Part shown: positions 20,336 to 28,933 of the stretch, piece after piece | Position numbering within the stretch: the stretch's first letter is position 1 | Layout: every line of letters begins with the position of its first letter | Assembly (NCBI GenBank): GCA_018434685.1 | Contig: JAHDOV010000004.1 | Location: 249,857-313,856, forward strand | DNA from: Deltaproteobacteria bacterium | GTDB taxonomy: Bacteria; Desulfobacterota; Desulfomonilia; UBA1062 | DNA length: 64,000 nucleotides | Direction of reading: 5' to 3' | Notes under the pieces: generated by a model | The model's database searches: none | What the model was told of the DNA's origin: nothing | The model's input: only the letters and a program-made list of their open reading frames with translations | Position numbers and translations under genes: made by a program

Positions 20336-20654
20336 AATCCTTTATGCAGCACACTGGAGGGAATCAAACTTCAGCATTCTTATCAGCAGCAGCGGTTGCA
20401 GGTGTGGATTGAATACCATTCCGAGGTGATCGTCTCATGCTGCACAGTTCGGGTTTAAAGACTGTGGGGTTAAGCAGGCAAGAATTGGAGAATAGTTTTC
20501 TTCTCTATGTGGCAAAATATTACCCATCGGCAAAATGCCCACCATTTTTAGCAAATAATATAATTGCATGATATAACTAGCCATATGACTTTTTATACAA
20601 GTAAGTAGCTGTCAATTGACTAGTATTATTTTGCTGATAAAACCATGTATTCAC

Positions 20655-20670
20655 TGGCACGATCTTTGAA
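20655..20670 (+). promoter_or_regulatory. Probable sigma54 promoter (variant -12 element)
   Basis: TGGCACG-ATCT-TTGAA. Repeated GGCAAAAT elements at 20511 and 20529, separated from it by an AT-rich stretch. Confidence 0.6.
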
Positions 20671-20757
20671 TGCCAAAGACCACTGTCATTATTTTCTGAT
20701 CTTACAAGTCGGAAATGACTTGATGGTATTGAATGTTAAACTAAAATAGGGGGAATC

Positions 20758-22365
20758 ATGGGAAATACAACGAAAGAGCCCGGGCTTGTCTTGATCCACA
20801 GCACATCTGAAACAAAGGGACATGTTTCGATTCCCCCGATCATCATGAACAAGATCTATTCTGTGGGCAGCATGAAAAACCTTGAGGATGGGTTGACATT
20901 CAACATCAAGAACCCCTTGAAAGACGGTTTGATTATCGGTATATCCGGCATAACCATAAATAGTCAGGAAATCCCGCTGAATACTGTTGCAGTGAAGAAT
21001 AACGGGACACAACTCAATGCCGACAAAATAAATACGGACCAGCCGCTTCCTTTTCCCATGGGACAGAATGTTGAATTCCACGTGTCTGCAATGGCACTTG
21101 CCAAGAACCAGGAACACACAGTCACTATTTCCTGCTATACGGATACTTATGGCATATTGAACCTCGAGGCAAAAGATTCGGTTATCGAGACGAGGACTGT
21201 CGGGAGAAAACTGCCATATGACAAACAGAACAACTATGACATGGATATTGTCCGTCAGCGGCAGGCTTTTCTGGAAGAGTATACAGGCGTTCATTTTCAT
21301 CATATCAAGCAGCACTCCTTTGATCCGGCTCTGACCCAGGGAAACATCGAGAATTTCACCGGCGTAGCACAGATTCCTCTGGGGTTTGCGGGGCCTCTCA
21401 TGGTCAACGGTGAACATGCCAAGGGGGAATTCTTCATTCCCATGTGCACGAGCGAAGGGACCCTTGTGGCATCGTATAACAGAGGGATGAAGCTCATCAA
21501 CATGTGCGGCGGCGTAAAGGTCACGGTTGTTGAGGATCGCATGCAGAGGTCACCGGCATTTGCCTTTGACTCTGCACGGGAAGGCAGAGACTTCATGCTG
21601 TGGATCGATGAGCACATGGATGAGATACGCACTCACGCCGAATCCGGATCAAGGGTAGCGAAACTGCTGAGTATCGACAGATACATAGCGAGCAGGCTCG
21701 TATACCTGAGATTCAACTACTTCACCGGCGATGCAGCAGGACAGAACATGGTAAGCATGTGCACCTATACGGCATGTAACTGGATCCTCTCCCAGATCAA
21801 TACGGTCAGGCATTTTTATCTGGACGGAAACATATCAACCGACAAGAAGGCATCTTTTATCAACAACCTCAATACCCGCGGCAAAAGAGTGATCGGCGAG
21901 ATTCTGATCCCTAAAGAGATAATGCTTCAACACATGAGGGTCGACCCTGTGACCCTTGACTATCTGTGCAGGGCCTGCCAGCTCGGTGCCTTTATGGCAG
22001 GCGCCTCGAGCAACGGTCTCCATGCTGCCAATGCCCTTGCCGCCATCTTCATGGCAACGGGACAGGACGTGGCAAACGTATCCGAGTCGTCGGCAGGCAT
22101 GGTCTGTACCGAGGTAACACCGGAAGGCGACCTGTACGGATCATTGACTCTTCCCTCCCTGATCGTTGCGACCTACGGAGGCGGCACCGGCCTGCCAACC
22201 CAGCGCGAATGCCTTGAATCGCTTGGTTGTTACGGCCATGGCAATGTCATAAAATTTGCAGAGATAGTCACAGCCGCAGCAACCGCAGGAGAGATCTCCC
22301 TGGCAGGAGCGATAGCATCCCTGGACTGGGCCACAAGCCATGAACGCTTTGGCAAGAATCGCTAG
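20758..22365 (+). CDS. Class I-type hydroxymethylglutaryl-CoA reductase family protein with extra N-terminal domain
   Basis: NIENFTG, PMCTSEGTLVAS, TGDAAGQNM, DKK, ATGQDVA, GGGT and a C-terminal His. About 140 aa beta-rich N-terminal extension. Confidence 0.88.
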   Translation: MGNTTKEPGLVLIHSTSETKGHVSIPPIIMNKIYSVGSMKNLEDGLTFNIKNPLKDGLIIGISGITINSQEIPLNTVAVKNNGTQLNADKINTDQPLPFPMGQNVEFHVSAMALAKNQEHTVTISCYTDTYGILNLEAKDSVIETRTVGRKLPYDKQNNYDMDIVRQRQAFLEEYTGVHFHHIKQHSFDPALTQGNIENFTGVAQIPLGFAGPLMVNGEHAKGEFFIPMCTSEGTLVASYNRGMKLINMCGGVKVTVVEDRMQRSPAFAFDSAREGRDFMLWIDEHMDEIRTHAESGSRVAKLLSIDRYIASRLVYLRFNYFTGDAAGQNMVSMCTYTACNWILSQINTVRHFYLDGNISTDKKASFINNLNTRGKRVIGEILIPKEIMLQHMRVDPVTLDYLCRACQLGAFMAGASSNGLHAANALAAIFMATGQDVANVSESSAGMVCTEVTPEGDLYGSLTLPSLIVATYGGGTGLPTQRECLESLGCYGHGNVIKFAEIVTAAATAGEISLAGAIASLDWATSHERFGKNR

Positions 22366-22445
22366 AATACAGCGGAGGGAACCATAAAAGAACACAGAGG
22401 TAGTCTTTTTATCTCTGACTCCACCGTCGATACAGGCACGACGCC

Positions 22446-22648
22446 TGGTGATGGCCCCCAAAAATCAATACCAATTATGCGGCTATTTTTTGTTTGTACC
22501 AGACTGGAGAGGAATACCCGAGTTCCTGGCGAGGACGTTCGGTCTTGTACTCTGAGATCCAGTCTTCAATAATTCACGTTGCTTCTGCAACGGTCGGGTA
22601 TGCTTGGAGCCAGATGCATTCTTCCTTCAAGGTTCCCATGAAGTGTTC
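22446..22648 (-). mobile_element. IS3-family remnant: transposase C-terminal fragment plus probable right terminal repeat
   Basis: Minus frame 22648-22475: EHFMGTLKEECIWLQAYPTVAEAT*IIEDWISEYKTERPRQELGYSSP..AA*, followed by TGGTATTGATTTTTGGGGGCCATCACCA. Confidence 0.82.
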
Positions 22649-22689
22649 CCCGTGCACGGGAGAGCGGGCACCGGTATGGGGCACCTCTT

Positions 22690-23079
22690 TTAGGGAGCCG
22701 TTTTAAGGGGTTTCTGCTGCTTATAGAAGGCGGCGGTATCCCTGTGCATGAGGAAGAAGGTCGCCAGGGCGAACAGGAGAATGTTGATCAGGCAGACACC
22801 TGTCGGGAGAGTGCTCGCTGTATGGGCAGGGGGTGGAGAGACCAGGGCGTACACATTATTTGCCATCATCAGGATATTGAATATGACACAGAAGATTCTG
22901 CCCCAGGGTTTTAACGAGTAGACCACCACACCACACACCAGGGCAAGGGTGATCGGCACAAGAGAGATGGTGGAGGTCATGACGGCCTGGGATAGAATGG
23001 AGAAGACCCAGGCGGAAATGGTAAAGACAATGCCGAGGCGGGCACTGAGGGGGAATGATGAAAATTGGACCTTGTTCAT
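22690..23079 (-). CDS. Hypothetical membrane protein (about 4 TM)
   Basis: Hydrophobic segments, GGAGG RBS. Confidence 0.75.
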   Translation of the reverse strand: MNKVQFSSFPLSARLGIVFTISAWVFSILSQAVMTSTISLVPITLALVCGVVVYSLKPWGRIFCVIFNILMMANNVYALVSPPPAHTASTLPTGVCLINILLFALATFFLMHRDTAAFYKQQKPLKTAP

Positions 23080-23115
23080 ACATAACCTCCTAAGACGCTG
23101 GTTGGTTCATGGGGT

Positions 23116-23832
23116 TTATTTTTTCGGGCCGTAGCGATCTTTAATATAGAAAGCAAACCCCTGAGAGATCTCTGTGGTAAGGACTTCTTTCTTTTGATCA
23201 CGGATGAGAGACATGAGCTCAGTGGGTGTGACTATGCTGATGTCGTCATACGTTTTGACGTCAAGGCGCTCCACATCGGGAATTACCAGAACCGGCTGCG
23301 GCATGACGTCGACCTGGTAACCCTTTTTGAGTACGATGTTGACGAGGTGACATAACCGCCACAGGTTTCCGGTCAGCGTCTCTATTGTCCGGCCTCCCTG
23401 GAACAGGATGTTGTCCCGAATTTCGAGGTCTCCGCTGCCTTTTGCCTTTTCAATGAGGAAGATCCCTTTGGGAGCAATCACGAGGAATTCAATATGAAAG
23501 AGCTCGAATGTGATATTGTGAATAATGTAATGAGAATCGTCCAGTTTCAGCAGTTGCTCTGCGATCATGCTGTCCTGCCGGAGGCTTTCCAGGTAATCCT
23601 GCTTGTTGAGCATCAGTTTCCATCCCTTGGGGTTCACCTTGAACGAGACGTATAACATGATTGCAAGGATAATAATGAGAGGTACGGAGGAAGAGGATAA
23701 CTGTTCGAACCAGTCTTTCGAGAAATCAATCATGAACCCGACAGTCGCTATCATGACAATCGCCATGAAGGCCAGGTGTCTCAGGAGCGACCTGGAGATG
23801 TCCTGGGGGGGGAATCCTTCTATATATGCCAT
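23116..23832 (-). CDS. Membrane-anchored NERD-like domain protein (degenerate motif)
   Basis: Two N-terminal TM helices, then HNI..IEFLVIAPKGIFLIEK resembling the NERD signature. Confidence 0.65.
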   Translation of the reverse strand: MAYIEGFPPQDISRSLLRHLAFMAIVMIATVGFMIDFSKDWFEQLSSSSVPLIIILAIMLYVSFKVNPKGWKLMLNKQDYLESLRQDSMIAEQLLKLDDSHYIIHNITFELFHIEFLVIAPKGIFLIEKAKGSGDLEIRDNILFQGGRTIETLTGNLWRLCHLVNIVLKKGYQVDVMPQPVLVIPDVERLDVKTYDDISIVTPTELMSLIRDQKKEVLTTEISQGFAFYIKDRYGPKK

Positions 23833-23838
23833 ATAGAT

Positions 23839-23867
23839 ACTATCCTTGAGGAAACGTGCTTTGTCAA
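23839..23867 (-). promoter_or_regulatory. sigma70 promoter predicting a leaderless transcript
   Basis: TTGACA-17 bp-GATAGT, then 6 nt, then ATG. No SD. Confidence 0.55.
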
Positions 23868-23891
23868 CGGTATGTATTCTGTGTGGAAGGT

Positions 23892-23917
23892 TGAGCCCCT
23901 CCCGCAGGAGGGGCTCA
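23892..23917 (-). terminator. Hairpin downstream of the 4-hydroxybutyrate operon
   Basis: TGAGCCCCTCC-CGCA-GGAGGGGCTCA, a perfect 11-bp stem. U-tract is weak. Confidence 0.6.
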
Positions 23918-23962
23918 TGGGGCTTAAATAAGATTGAGTATTCGCTTGTATACCATCAGGTT

Positions 23963-25396
23963 CTACTGTTCGTTCTCCATGATTTCTTTAATATCCTGTG
24001 CAATCTTTTCCGGTGAGTCGCAGGGGAAGATAGGCTCTTCAGGTTCGTAGGCTTTCTTCCACTTGCCGCCGGCATAGATCAGGCCTGTGAGGACCAGTGC
24101 TGCGCCAAGACCCCATGCCGCGCCTCTGGTTGCGAGGATGGCTCCGGCAACACCGGCAATGCCGAGGTCATTGAATGACCGGGACTTCAGTACGCCGACC
24201 CGGACACTGACATAACCCTGGATGAGCATGGTGGATGCCAGACCGACACCGAGGATCGGTTTCACCGTGGAGACGATCGGGGCGAGGAAGTAACCGGTCC
24301 AGGTACCCCAGCGGAACGATCCGGCTCCGCCGTTGATGGATTCCATGGCCTTGGGGCCGTGTTTGTAGCGTTCGCATACAACCACCTGCATGGCCGCCCA
24401 CAGCGGTCCGCACATGGAGATGTCCGGTCCGAGAATGCTCATGATGGTGTTACGTGCGCCGAAGATGATGTGGGATCTGTTCGGGTTGTAGTCGACGTTC
24501 TCGTCAGGCCGGTATTTCTGTGCGTCGTTGAGAAGGGCCTGTGACTGGATGACGTCGCCGAACACCACGATATATGCACTGATAACCATGGGAAGACCGG
24601 TGAGGAACATCTTCAGCGGAGGCAAGGGGATGGCGCCCATCATGGTGAAGTCTCTGAACAAGGTTGTGAAATCAGGCCTGGTGAAGATATTGGTGTCATA
24701 CGTGGGCCATGGAAGCTCGCCCAACATAGGCCCCACGAAGATTGCCAGCGCCAGGGCAGGCATCATACCGAGGTTTCCGATGTAGTACAGCAGCTTGTTT
24801 TTGCGTCTGAGTTGCTTGAAGCTTTCCGAGAAGAGAATGAGGAAAGCAATGCCGATACAGATAGTGATGGTCCAGGGATTTGAGTCGAAGCTCTTGAGCC
24901 CCTCTCCCGGTTTGAACACGAGCATGACCGCTGCGAAACCAGCACCAACAAGGATTGCCGACTGGACCGCGTTCGGGATGATAGCGACAAATTTCTTCGC
25001 CAATCCGGTGACGCCGAGGAATATACAGAACAGGCCAAAGGTAAGTTCGAATGCGATCAATGACTGCATACGCTCCACACCCGGTGCAAATGTCTCGCAA
25101 TATGCGACCAGCAGGGGTATGGCCGGCGTTACCCAGCCCGGTACAACCGGGTCGCCGAACGTGACATGGGCGAGGTAGAGTGTCCCATTCAGAATAACAA
25201 TGGCCAGGGCTACCTCGAAAGACATTCCGAGCTTGCCCGTAAGCACCGGAATGATGGCGAGACAGACGGTACACATCAGGAGACCCTGAAGGTAGTCTGC
25301 AATCTCGAACCGGTAGTGAATCCCTGGCAGCCTGAGAGTTAAAGGCCCCAAGGGAATACCGGGCTGAACCTCTCCGTATTCTCTTTTAATACTCAT
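23963..25396 (-). CDS. Polytopic membrane protein, probable solute permease
   Basis: About 12 hydrophobic segments, last gene of the abfD-abfT operon. Substrate inferred from context only. Confidence 0.75.
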   Translation of the reverse strand: MSIKREYGEVQPGIPLGPLTLRLPGIHYRFEIADYLQGLLMCTVCLAIIPVLTGKLGMSFEVALAIVILNGTLYLAHVTFGDPVVPGWVTPAIPLLVAYCETFAPGVERMQSLIAFELTFGLFCIFLGVTGLAKKFVAIIPNAVQSAILVGAGFAAVMLVFKPGEGLKSFDSNPWTITICIGIAFLILFSESFKQLRRKNKLLYYIGNLGMMPALALAIFVGPMLGELPWPTYDTNIFTRPDFTTLFRDFTMMGAIPLPPLKMFLTGLPMVISAYIVVFGDVIQSQALLNDAQKYRPDENVDYNPNRSHIIFGARNTIMSILGPDISMCGPLWAAMQVVVCERYKHGPKAMESINGGAGSFRWGTWTGYFLAPIVSTVKPILGVGLASTMLIQGYVSVRVGVLKSRSFNDLGIAGVAGAILATRGAAWGLGAALVLTGLIYAGGKWKKAYEPEEPIFPCDSPEKIAQDIKEIMENEQ

Positions 25397-25463
25397 GATA
25401 CCCCCTTTTATTATTTTTCATTCGATGCTTGCAGGGACAGTTTCTTTCGCATCGTTGTTGCCG

Positions 25464-26756
25464 TTACTTCCTGAATATTCTGGCTGCTTCGCGCTCGAGG
25501 TTCTCCCGGAAGTCAGGGTGTGCGATGCTGATGAGCGCCTTTGCCCGCTCCGGCACCGATTTGCCGCGCAGGTTGGCAATGCCGTATTCGGTAACGATGT
25601 AGTGCACATCGGTGCGGGGAGTGGTCACACTTGCTCCCTCGTCGATATGGGACACAATGCGGGAGGCGGTTCCCTTTGCAGCGGTAGAAGAGAAGGCCAG
25701 GATCGAACGCCCACCTTTTGACCACTGTGCGCCCCGGACAAAGTCCAGTTGGCCGCCGCTGCCGCTGAACTGACGATAGCCGATGGTGTCGGATACCACC
25801 TGTCCGGTGAAATCCACCTGAATGGCGGAGTTGATGGACACCATGTTGTCGTTTCGGGCGATGATGCTGGGGTTGTTGGTGTAATCCACGGGAAACATCT
25901 CTACGATGGGGTTGTTGTGAACGAAGTTGTAGAGTTTCTCGGTGCCCATGAAAAAGGTGGCCACCATCTTGCCATTGTGGAAGTTTTTCTTTTTGCAGTT
26001 GATAACTCCCTGATGGAACAGGTCAACGACGCCGTCTGAGAACATCTCGGTGTGGATGCCCAGGTCTCTCTTGTCTTTCAGCGAGGCGAGCACAGCGTCC
26101 GGAAGTCCGCCGATTCCCAGCTGCAGGCAGTCGCCGTTTCTGACAAGCTCTCCACAGTTGCGGCCTATGGCTTCGTCCACCGGGTTGATCTTGGCCGGGT
26201 GCAGCACGATGGGTTTTGTCTCGGTCTCCACGATGTGGTCGATCTGTGAGACGTGAATGAAAGAATGCCCCAGAGTTCTCGGCATATAGGGGCTGACCTC
26301 GGCAATAACCAGTTTGGACTTCTCAGCTGCCGGTTTCGTGTAGTCCACCGATATTCCGAAAGAGCAGTAGCCATGTTCATCGGGGGGTGAGAGAAGGCAA
26401 ATGGTTACATCAACCGGCAGGGCAGAATCGAACATGGAGGGGATCATGCTGAAATGACATGGGGTGAATTTGGCCCGGCCTTCCTCGATGGCCTTGCGGC
26501 TCGTGCCTCCGGCAAAAAAAGAATTGTGTACAAAGTGTCTGGCATTCTCTGGAAGGCAGTACTCGGCCTTGCCCATTGCCACCATGTGAACGATCTCCAC
26601 ATTCTGATAGCTTTCTTTGTTGGCCACTATTGCCCTGAGCAACTCCTGCGGTTCGCCTGTTGCATGACCGTTGACCACGCGATCCCCTGACTTGATGTGA
26701 CTGACTGCCTCTTCAGCTGTGGTAAGCTTGCTTTTATAGATGTCGTGCCAGTTCAT
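25464..26756 (-). CDS. cat2: 4-hydroxybutyrate CoA-transferase (acetyl-CoA hydrolase/transferase family)
   Basis: LQLGIG, GIHTEM, SGSGGQLDF, VTEYG, LISIAHP. Adjacent to abfD. Confidence 0.85.
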   Translation of the reverse strand: MNWHDIYKSKLTTAEEAVSHIKSGDRVVNGHATGEPQELLRAIVANKESYQNVEIVHMVAMGKAEYCLPENARHFVHNSFFAGGTSRKAIEEGRAKFTPCHFSMIPSMFDSALPVDVTICLLSPPDEHGYCSFGISVDYTKPAAEKSKLVIAEVSPYMPRTLGHSFIHVSQIDHIVETETKPIVLHPAKINPVDEAIGRNCGELVRNGDCLQLGIGGLPDAVLASLKDKRDLGIHTEMFSDGVVDLFHQGVINCKKKNFHNGKMVATFFMGTEKLYNFVHNNPIVEMFPVDYTNNPSIIARNDNMVSINSAIQVDFTGQVVSDTIGYRQFSGSGGQLDFVRGAQWSKGGRSILAFSSTAAKGTASRIVSHIDEGASVTTPRTDVHYIVTEYGIANLRGKSVPERAKALISIAHPDFRENLEREAARIFRK

Positions 26757-27028
26757 CAGATATCTCCTTTAAGTTCCTTGATCAGTGCTTCTGTATCTTT
26801 CTCACTAGTGATGATCCGTATGTGTTTCCCTTCGAAGGCATCTAAGTTTGCACAGGCAGTGTCGCATCCCATGACTGCCAGGATGAAATCGATGCCGGGC
26901 TCATCGGGTGAGACGAATTCAATCGTCCCACCCAGTTCCTTTTTAATACGTTTGACCATATCGACCCGATCGTAGCGCGGGGAGCATCCCCCGCAGTACT
27001 TCAGGCCTATCTTTAGAATGTTATTCAT
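26756..27028 (-). CDS. Small Cys-motif protein (KYCGGC...GCxxxC)
   Basis: 90 aa, overlaps both neighbours. Confidence 0.8.
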   Translation of the reverse strand: MNNILKIGLKYCGGCSPRYDRVDMVKRIKKELGGTIEFVSPDEPGIDFILAVMGCDTACANLDAFEGKHIRIITSEKDTEALIKELKGDI

Positions 27029-28475
27029 CCTCCGGGATACCACATAGATGCTTGGCGACGTCCGTCTTTGCTTTCATGTTGATCTGCCGGGCGATCATGA
27101 TTCGCTGGGCCTGGGGTGAACCTGCTCCGTGCATACTCTCGGTGAGATAGCCTACAGCTGCGGTACCCAAGGTTATGTTTTCGATCAGCCTCAGCATACG
27201 CATTCTGTATTCCGTAGGGACATCCGGGTTGGCCTTGTAGTATTTCTCGATCCATTTGCCAATTTCCGGTGAGCGCAGGTCTTCTTCTGACGGTAGTGTC
27301 ACCATGAGTCCGCCGGCGATATCCTGTGCGAGCCGGGCGATCTCGTAGGGGAAGCGGGTTACGTTCTGCTTGCAGACATTGGCAAGGAGTGTGTTTACGT
27401 AGTAGGTGCCGCTAGGTTCTTTGTGACCCTCGGCTGCGCAGGCAATAGAACCGCAGAACAGGGTCTCGTTGAGGTGGTTCATCTCGATGATCTTGTCTTT
27501 CACGTGAGATGCCTTGTTGGCCCCGTTGTATACGGCAATGTTCTGGGTGGCGCCGATAAGGACATCACCGACACCGGCTTTGCAGGCGTAACTCTGGCGG
27601 TGGTACGATGCGAACTGTTCCACGAGCTGACCGGCAAAATCCCACTCTTTGTACATGAATACTCGATCCCAGGGGACAAAGACATCTTCGAAGACCACCA
27701 GTGCTTCGTGGCCGCCGTAGAGCTGGTTGCCGCGATCCAAGGTGCCCTTTTCCAGCTTGCGGGTATCGCATGACTGACGGCCCATGATGTAGATGATTCC
27801 CTCGGCATCAGAGGGAAGGGCGAACGAAATGGCATAGTCCTTGTCTTCCTCTCGCATGCTGATGGTGGGCATGATGATGATTTCATGGGAGTTCACCGCG
27901 CCGGTCTGGTGGCATTTTGCGCCGCTGACCACGATCCCGTCGGGGCGTTCCTCGACCACGCGCATAAACAGGTCCGGATCTGCCTGCTGGTGCGGCGCCT
28001 TGCTGCGGTCACCCTTGGGGTCTGTCATGGCGCCGTCACAGGTGAGGTCGTTTTCCTGTACGAATTCGAGGTATTTCAAAAAGCGCTTGTTATACTCTGT
28101 CCCGTACTTCTGGTCGATATCGTAGGTGGTCATGGACAGGGCGTTCATTGCGTCCATGCCCACGCAGCGCTGGAAACAGCAGCCGGTGAGCGATCCGAGC
28201 AGCCGGCCCATCTTCGATTTCTTCACGAGATCTTCCGTACTCTGGTGAATACTGGTGAAGCGGTTGATTTTCTTGCCCGTGATATGGGAGGTGGTGGTCA
28301 TGAGGTCCTCATATTCAGGGTAGTGGGCAAATTCATAGGTGGCGGCCACAGCATTCATGGAGGGGCGTATGATCGGATCGTCCACCGGGTTTTCCACCCG
28401 CTTGCCGAACATGTAGACTTTTAAATGTAACTTCCTCAGGCTGTCTTCGTACTGTTGAGCGTTCATCATTGGCAT
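27021..28475 (-). CDS. abfD: 4-hydroxybutyryl-CoA dehydratase
   Basis: CFQRCVG and HRQSYACK cluster ligands, GAMTDPKGDRS, GGHEA, ESMHGAGSP. AAAGGAG RBS before ATG 28475. Confidence 0.93.
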   Translation of the reverse strand: MPMMNAQQYEDSLRKLHLKVYMFGKRVENPVDDPIIRPSMNAVAATYEFAHYPEYEDLMTTTSHITGKKINRFTSIHQSTEDLVKKSKMGRLLGSLTGCCFQRCVGMDAMNALSMTTYDIDQKYGTEYNKRFLKYLEFVQENDLTCDGAMTDPKGDRSKAPHQQADPDLFMRVVEERPDGIVVSGAKCHQTGAVNSHEIIIMPTISMREEDKDYAISFALPSDAEGIIYIMGRQSCDTRKLEKGTLDRGNQLYGGHEALVVFEDVFVPWDRVFMYKEWDFAGQLVEQFASYHRQSYACKAGVGDVLIGATQNIAVYNGANKASHVKDKIIEMNHLNETLFCGSIACAAEGHKEPSGTYYVNTLLANVCKQNVTRFPYEIARLAQDIAGGLMVTLPSEEDLRSPEIGKWIEKYYKANPDVPTEYRMRMLRLIENITLGTAAVGYLTESMHGAGSPQAQRIMIARQINMKAKTDVAKHLCGIPEDE

Positions 28476-28521
28476 GGGGTTGCTCCTTTCTGTGAGAATA
28501 TTTCCGGAATGCCCTGTGTAA

Positions 28522-28537
28522 TTCAAGTATGATGCCA
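28522..28537 (-). promoter_or_regulatory. Probable sigma54 promoter of the abfD operon (variant -12)
   Basis: Minus strand TGGCATC-ATAC-TTGAA. A sigma54 activator gene lies upstream. Confidence 0.7.
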
Positions 28538-28635
28538 ACGAGTGTGCAAGATAATATAAATCAAATAAAACAGCATGTTGGAGAGCAAACCAAGGGTATT
28601 CTCAAGGGAGGCCGCTGCTAAAAGATGATAAAATA

Positions 28636-28854
28636 ATGCAAGACCGCATCATGGATGAAGGAAGATTCTGTAAGAGGACTGTTCCAAAGATGATTGATTA
28701 TAAAATAAACCAATCAAATCCATAAAGTAATTGCAATGATGCAAACCTGCATCATGCGGAAGAGGTCAAGGGGGGCTTTGTGTAAATGACTGTGGTCATT
28801 AAGAATAAAGGATAAAGATATCATATGATTAACAGCAATAATGCAAAACTGCAC
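28636..28854. promoter_or_regulatory. Three enhancer-like palindromes ATGCA-N4-TGCAT
   Basis: ATGCAAGACCGCAT (28636), ATGCAAACCTGCAT (28739, inside a perfect 8-bp-arm palindrome) and ATGCAAAACTGCAC (28841). Confidence 0.7.
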
Positions 28855-28933
28855 CAGTCAGGATAGCGCAGCGTTCATTCAATTGAGCACAATACAATAA
28901 ATAAAATAAAAAATACGATATATTGGGTAAATT

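Noticed and set aside
28636-28854. CRISPR-like array
   Set aside because: Repeats are only about 14-20 bp, degenerate, about 100 bp apart, with no cas genes. They fit enhancer sites better.
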